From: Micrococcus luteus NCTC 2665
GTDB lineage: Bacteria > Actinomycetota > Actinomycetes > Actinomycetales > Micrococcaceae
NCBI RefSeq assembly: GCF_000023205.1
Contig: NC_012803.1
Location: forward strand, 1,320,001 to 1,352,000
Reading direction: 5' to 3'
Length of the DNA stretch: 32,000 bases
This document shows, piece after piece, positions 28,429-32,000 of this stretch. The translations under genes were made by a program, and so were the position numbers. Every line of letters begins with the position of its first letter. Positions within the stretch are counted from its first letter, which is position 1. The notes beneath the pieces were generated by a model, which was given only the letters and a program-made list of their open reading frames with translations, was not told the origin of the DNA and made no database searches.

Positions 28429-30936
28429 TCAGCGAATCACCAGGTTCACGAGCTTGGGCTCGCGCACGATCACCTTGACGATCTGGGCGTCCCCGATGAA
28501 GTTCCGCACCTTCTGCGACGCGCGGGCGCGCGCCTCGAGGTCCTCGGCCGTGATGTCCGCAGGCACCTCGAGGGTGTCGCGGACCTTGCCCTTGACCTGG
28601 ACGACGGCCGTGACGGTGTCCTCGACCAGCAGCGACTCGTCCACCGCGGGCCAGCCGGCGCGGACCACGGACGGCTCGTGGCCCAGGAGGACCCACATGT
28701 CCTCGGCCGTGTACGGCGCCACGAGGGAGAGCAGCACGGCCACGGCCTCGACGGCCTCGCGGACGGCGGGATCGGCCGCGCCGGCACCCGCGTCGATCTC
28801 CTTGCGGGCCGCGTTGACCAGCTCCATCGTCTTGGCGACGACCACGTTGAACTTGCCGTCGTCCAGCAGCTGCTGGGCCTCGTGCACGGTCCGGTGCGTC
28901 ACCCGGCGCAGGGCCACGGCCCCGTCCGCCGGGTCCGCGCCGGCCGGGGCGCCCGTCGCGCGGACGTCGCGGGCCAGGCGCCACGCGCGGGCCAGGAACT
29001 TGCCGGCCGCGCCCGGGGCGACGTCGGCCCAGTCCACGTCGTCCTCAGGCGGCGAGGCGAACACCATGGTCAGACGCACGGCGTCGACGCCGAACTCGTC
29101 CAGCTGATCGCCCAGGTCCACGCCGTTGCCCAGCGACTTGGACATGGCCTTGCCGCCGTTGAGCACCTGGCCCTGGTTGAGCAGGGAGCGGAACGGCTCG
29201 GTGAAGGGCACCAGGCCGAGGTCGTGCAGGGCCTTGGTGAAGAAGCGGGCGTACAGCAGGTGCAGGATCGCGTGCTCCACGCCGCCCACGTACTGGTCCA
29301 CGGGCAGCCAGCGGCGCAGGGCCTCGGGGTCGAAGACGCGGGCGTCGTCGTTCGGGGACGCGTAGCGGAGCACGTACCAGGACGAGTCCACGAACGTGTC
29401 CATGGTGTCGGTGTCCCGTCGCGCGGGGCCGCCGCACTGCGGGCAGTCCACCTCGACCCACGACGTCGCCGCGGCCAGGGGTGACCGGCCCTTCGGGGCC
29501 AGCTGCTCGCCCTTCAGGTCGGTCGGCAGGGTGACCGGCAGCTGGTCCTCCGGCACGAGGACCTCGCCGCAGTCCGGGCAGTGCACCACGGGGATCGGGG
29601 TGCCCCAGAAGCGCTGACGGGAGAGCAGCCAGTCGCGCAGGCGGTACGTGGTGGTGGCCCGGCCGGTGCCGCGCTCCTCCATGATCTCGATGGCCCGCGC
29701 GATGGCCGCGGTCTTGTCCAGGCCGTCGAGCTCGCCGGAGTTCACCAGGATGCCCTCGCCGGTCGTCGCGACGCCGGAGACCGCCGGGTCCTCCTCACCG
29801 GTGTCCAGCACGGTGCGCACGGGCAGGCCCATGGCGCGGGCGAAGTCGAGGTCGCGCTGGTCGTGGGCCGGCACGGCCATGATGGCGCCCGTGCCGTAGT
29901 CGGCCAGCACGTAGTCCGAGGCCCAGATCGGCAGGCGTTCACCGGTCAGCGGGTTCACGGCGTGGCGGCCCAGGAACACGCCGCTCTTCGGGCGGTCCGT
30001 GGCCTGGCGGTCGATGTCCGAGACCTTCTTCAGGTCCTCGCGGTACGCCTCGAGTTCGGCCCGCACGTCGTCGCCGGCGAGCTCGGCGGCCAGCGGCGCG
30101 TCGGCGGCGACCACCATGAAGGTCGCGCCGTACAGCGTGTCCGGCCGCGTGGTGAAGACCGTGACGACGGGGCCGTCCTCGACCTGGAAGTCGACGTGGG
30201 CGCCCTCGGAGCGGCCGATCCAGTTGCGCTGCATGGCGAGCACGCGCTCGGGCCAGTGGCCGGTGAGCTGGTCCATGTCGTCCAGCAGCGCGTCCGCGTA
30301 TTCGGTGATGCGGAAGTACCACTGGTTCAGGGTCCGCTTGGTGACCTCGGTGCCGCAGCGCTCGCAGCGGCCGTCCACGACCTGCTCGTTGGCGAGCACC
30401 GTCTGGTCCTGGGGGCACCAGTTGACCGGGGAGTCCTTCCGGTACGCCAGGCCCTTGCGGTACAGCTGCTGGAACAGCCACTGGGTCCACCGGTAGTACT
30501 CGGGGTCCGAGGTGTGCAGCTCACGGGACCAGTCCACGGCGATGCCGTACCGCTGGAAGGAGCGCTTCTGCGTCTCGATGTTCGCGTAGGTCCACTCGGC
30601 CGGGTGGGCGTCGCGCTTGATGGCGGCGTTCTCGGCCGGCAGGCCGAAGGAGTCCCAGCCGATGGGGTGCAGCACGTCGAAGCCGCGCTGCATCCAGTGG
30701 CGCGCGACGACGTCGCCCATCGCGAACGCCTCGGCGTGCCCCATGTGCAGGTCGCCCGACGGGTACGGGAACATGTCGACCACGGTGCGGGTCTCGGAGC
30801 CGTCCTCGCGCGGGGCGAACGTCCCGGCCTGCTCCCAGTACCCGGCCCAGCGGGCCTCCACGTCACGGAACGAGTACTCCGCGTCGGCGGGGATGCTGGG
30901 GGTGGCCGGCACGGCGCTGTCGGTGGTCTGGCTCAC
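28429..30936 (-). CDS. leuS: leucine--tRNA ligase
   Basis: The class I signatures are [13 protein letters not shown] (HIGH) and KAMSKSLGN (KMSKS), and there is a CP1 editing insert. The start is uncertain. I chose GTG 30936 (VSQTTDSAV...) because the GTG at 31017 lies only 3 nt after a TAGGAT -10 candidate. Confidence 0.93.
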   Translation of the reverse strand: MSQTTDSAVPATPSIPADAEYSFRDVEARWAGYWEQAGTFAPREDGSETRTVVDMFPYPSGDLHMGHAEAFAMGDVVARHWMQRGFDVLHPIGWDSFGLPAENAAIKRDAHPAEWTYANIETQKRSFQRYGIAVDWSRELHTSDPEYYRWTQWLFQQLYRKGLAYRKDSPVNWCPQDQTVLANEQVVDGRCERCGTEVTKRTLNQWYFRITEYADALLDDMDQLTGHWPERVLAMQRNWIGRSEGAHVDFQVEDGPVVTVFTTRPDTLYGATFMVVAADAPLAAELAGDDVRAELEAYREDLKKVSDIDRQATDRPKSGVFLGRHAVNPLTGERLPIWASDYVLADYGTGAIMAVPAHDQRDLDFARAMGLPVRTVLDTGEEDPAVSGVATTGEGILVNSGELDGLDKTAAIARAIEIMEERGTGRATTTYRLRDWLLSRQRFWGTPIPVVHCPDCGEVLVPEDQLPVTLPTDLKGEQLAPKGRSPLAAATSWVEVDCPQCGGPARRDTDTMDTFVDSSWYVLRYASPNDDARVFDPEALRRWLPVDQYVGGVEHAILHLLYARFFTKALHDLGLVPFTEPFRSLLNQGQVLNGGKAMSKSLGNGVDLGDQLDEFGVDAVRLTMVFASPPEDDVDWADVAPGAAGKFLARAWRLARDVRATGAPAGADPADGAVALRRVTHRTVHEAQQLLDDGKFNVVVAKTMELVNAARKEIDAGAGAADPAVREAVEAVAVLLSLVAPYTAEDMWVLLGHEPSVVRAGWPAVDESLLVEDTVTAVVQVKGKVRDTLEVPADITAEDLEARARASQKVRNFIGDAQIVKVIVREPKLVNLVIR

Positions 30937-31020
30937 GGCGGTTCGAGTCCTCACGCAGTCGGGATGGGGCGCCGGCCCTCGGGCGGCGCGGACGGGGCCG
31001 GCGGCACGGCCGGCCACCCC

Positions 31021-31026
31021 ATCCTA
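31021..31026 (-). promoter_or_regulatory. candidate -10 hexamer TAGGAT for leuS
   Basis: Minus-strand TAGGAT predicts a transcription start near 31013 and a GC-rich 5' UTR of about 77 nt. Confidence 0.35.
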
Positions 31027-31070
31027 CGGCGACGGCGCCCCGGCCCGGCCGCAGGGCCGCTCCGAGACGC

Positions 31071-31088
31071 CGTGCCCGGCCGGGCACG
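31071..31088 (-). terminator. palindromic hairpin just after the membrane-protein stop
   Basis: CGTGCCCGGCCGGGCACG is a perfect 18-nt palindrome 5 nt downstream of the TGA at 31094-31096. There is no U-tract. Confidence 0.45.
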
Positions 31089-31093
31089 CGGTT

Positions 31094-32000
31094 TCAGGCG
31101 GAGTGGCTGCCGCCTGCCGGACGCTCGGGCCCGGCGTCGGGACCGGGGCGCGCCCCTCCGGAGGTGAGCGCGTCGTCCTCCTCGAGCACCTGGGCGACCT
31201 CGTCCTCGAGGGCCTCCGTCACCGCGTCCGGGGCCGCCACGGAGTCCCCGACCGCCTCCTGCAGCTGCACGGCGTGCTGGGCCGTGAAGGTCTTCTCCGG
31301 ATGCTCACGCAGGCGGAGCAGCGCGAGCAGGCGCAGACGCAGCCCCGACTCGGCGGAGATCTGCCGGCGGTGGGTGAGCCACCAGACGAGGAGCACGAGC
31401 GCGAGCACGATCCCCAGGTGGCCCAGCGCCGGGTAGACGACGTTCATCAGGTCGCCGAAGCCGACGAAGCTCACCGCGAAGGCCAGCAGCGTGACGCCGG
31501 CGAACACGGGCGGGTAGCGGCCCGGGCGGTCGGCCGTGAGGCGGCGTCCCAGCGCGTAGAACACGCCGATCGCGGTGTTGAAGATCATCAGGTAGATCAC
31601 CACGACCATCGCCCAGCCCAGCCAGGGCGCGATCGAGGCGGACAGCCGCAGCATGGGGACGTCGGCGCGGCCGATCTCGGCGTAGCCGAGGTAGAGCAGC
31701 GTGGAGGCCATCAGGAGCAGGGCGGTGTACATCAGGCCGCCGGTGAGGCCGCCGAGGAACGCCTCGCGGGGGTGGGTGATGGACCCGCCGATCACGAGGC
31801 ACATGGACACGGCCATCACGACGACGAGGCCGAAGTAGTTGACCGAGGACAGCCACCACGGGTCCACCGGCGTGGTGGCCTGGACGGCGAGGGACTCGTG
31901 GGCGGCGAAGCCGCCGTCGCGGGTGACCAGGACGTGGACGAACCCGGCCACGACCGCGACGACCACCAGGGGCGTGATCAGGGAGATGATCGCGGAGACC
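31094..32000 (-). CDS. polytopic integral membrane protein with an acidic C-terminal tail; the 5' end runs off the window (family uncertain, YkvI-like is only a guess)
   Basis: The track ORF 31094..31966 continues without a stop to the window edge (upstream codons read VSAIISLITPLVVV). It has at least six hydrophobic helices, then a soluble tail HPEKTFTAQHAVQLQEAVGD...EEDDAL. Confidence 0.75.
   Translation of the reverse strand, partial: VSAIISLITPLVVVAVVAGFVHVLVTRDGGFAAHESLAVQATTPVDPWWLSSVNYFGLVVVMAVSMCLVIGGSITHPREAFLGGLTGGLMYTALLLMASTLLYLGYAEIGRADVPMLRLSASIAPWLGWAMVVVIYLMIFNTAIGVFYALGRRLTADRPGRYPPVFAGVTLLAFAVSFVGFGDLMNVVYPALGHLGIVLALVLLVWWLTHRRQISAESGLRLRLLALLRLREHPEKTFTAQHAVQLQEAVGDSVAAPDAVTEALEDEVAQVLEEDDALTSGGARPGPDAGPERPAGGSHSA

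Noticed and set aside
30940-30950. GGTTCGAGTCC on the plus strand, which resembles a tRNA T-arm and T-loop
   Set aside because: The flanks cannot form a T-stem (GGCGG against CCTCA). No acceptor, D or anticodon arms can be drawn. The motif lies at the leuS start region on the opposite strand. I judge it coincidental.

Overview
This is a very high-G+C actinobacterial chromosome segment (roughly 70% or more by eye). Gene content and order look like conserved core genome of the Micrococcales/Actinomycetota type; that assignment is inference only. I can support 28 protein-coding genes plus one short leader peptide, and 23 of the 28 are on the minus strand. In window order they are: ctaC (partial), erpA-like Fe-S carrier, M20 dipeptidase, DUF3043-like, pyrD, an alpha/beta hydrolase, uppS, recO, leuA, era, a CNNM/CorC-type CBS protein, ybeY, phoH, rsmE, dnaJ, hrcA, DUF3097-like, DUF4870-like, hemW, lepA, a solitary MazF/PemK-fold protein, rpsT, holA, comEC, comEA, degV, leuS, and a partial polytopic membrane protein. 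I saw no rRNA, tRNA, CRISPR array, transposase, integrase or obvious repeat family. Nearly all long ORFs in the track other than these genes are Arg/Gly/Pro/Ala-rich antisense or out-of-frame shadows, as expected at this G+C. I do not see a convincing novel multi-gene system; this looks like ordinary housekeeping DNA. The observations most worth a second look are these. (1) A leaderless 32-codon leader peptide with a rare-codon Leu-Leu-Leu run upstream of leuA. (2) recO and uppS are translationally chained to leuA. (3) An orphan MazF-fold protein with a ~100-aa Pro/Arg-rich N-terminal extension sits between lepA and rpsT. (4) A recurrent TANNNT-plus-6-to-7-nt-plus-start-codon (leaderless) architecture that moves the phoH and holA starts and, through its -10 position, the leuS start. 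(5) A compensated CIRCE variant overlaps the hrcA -10. (6) rpsT has a long 5' leader and a TTG start.
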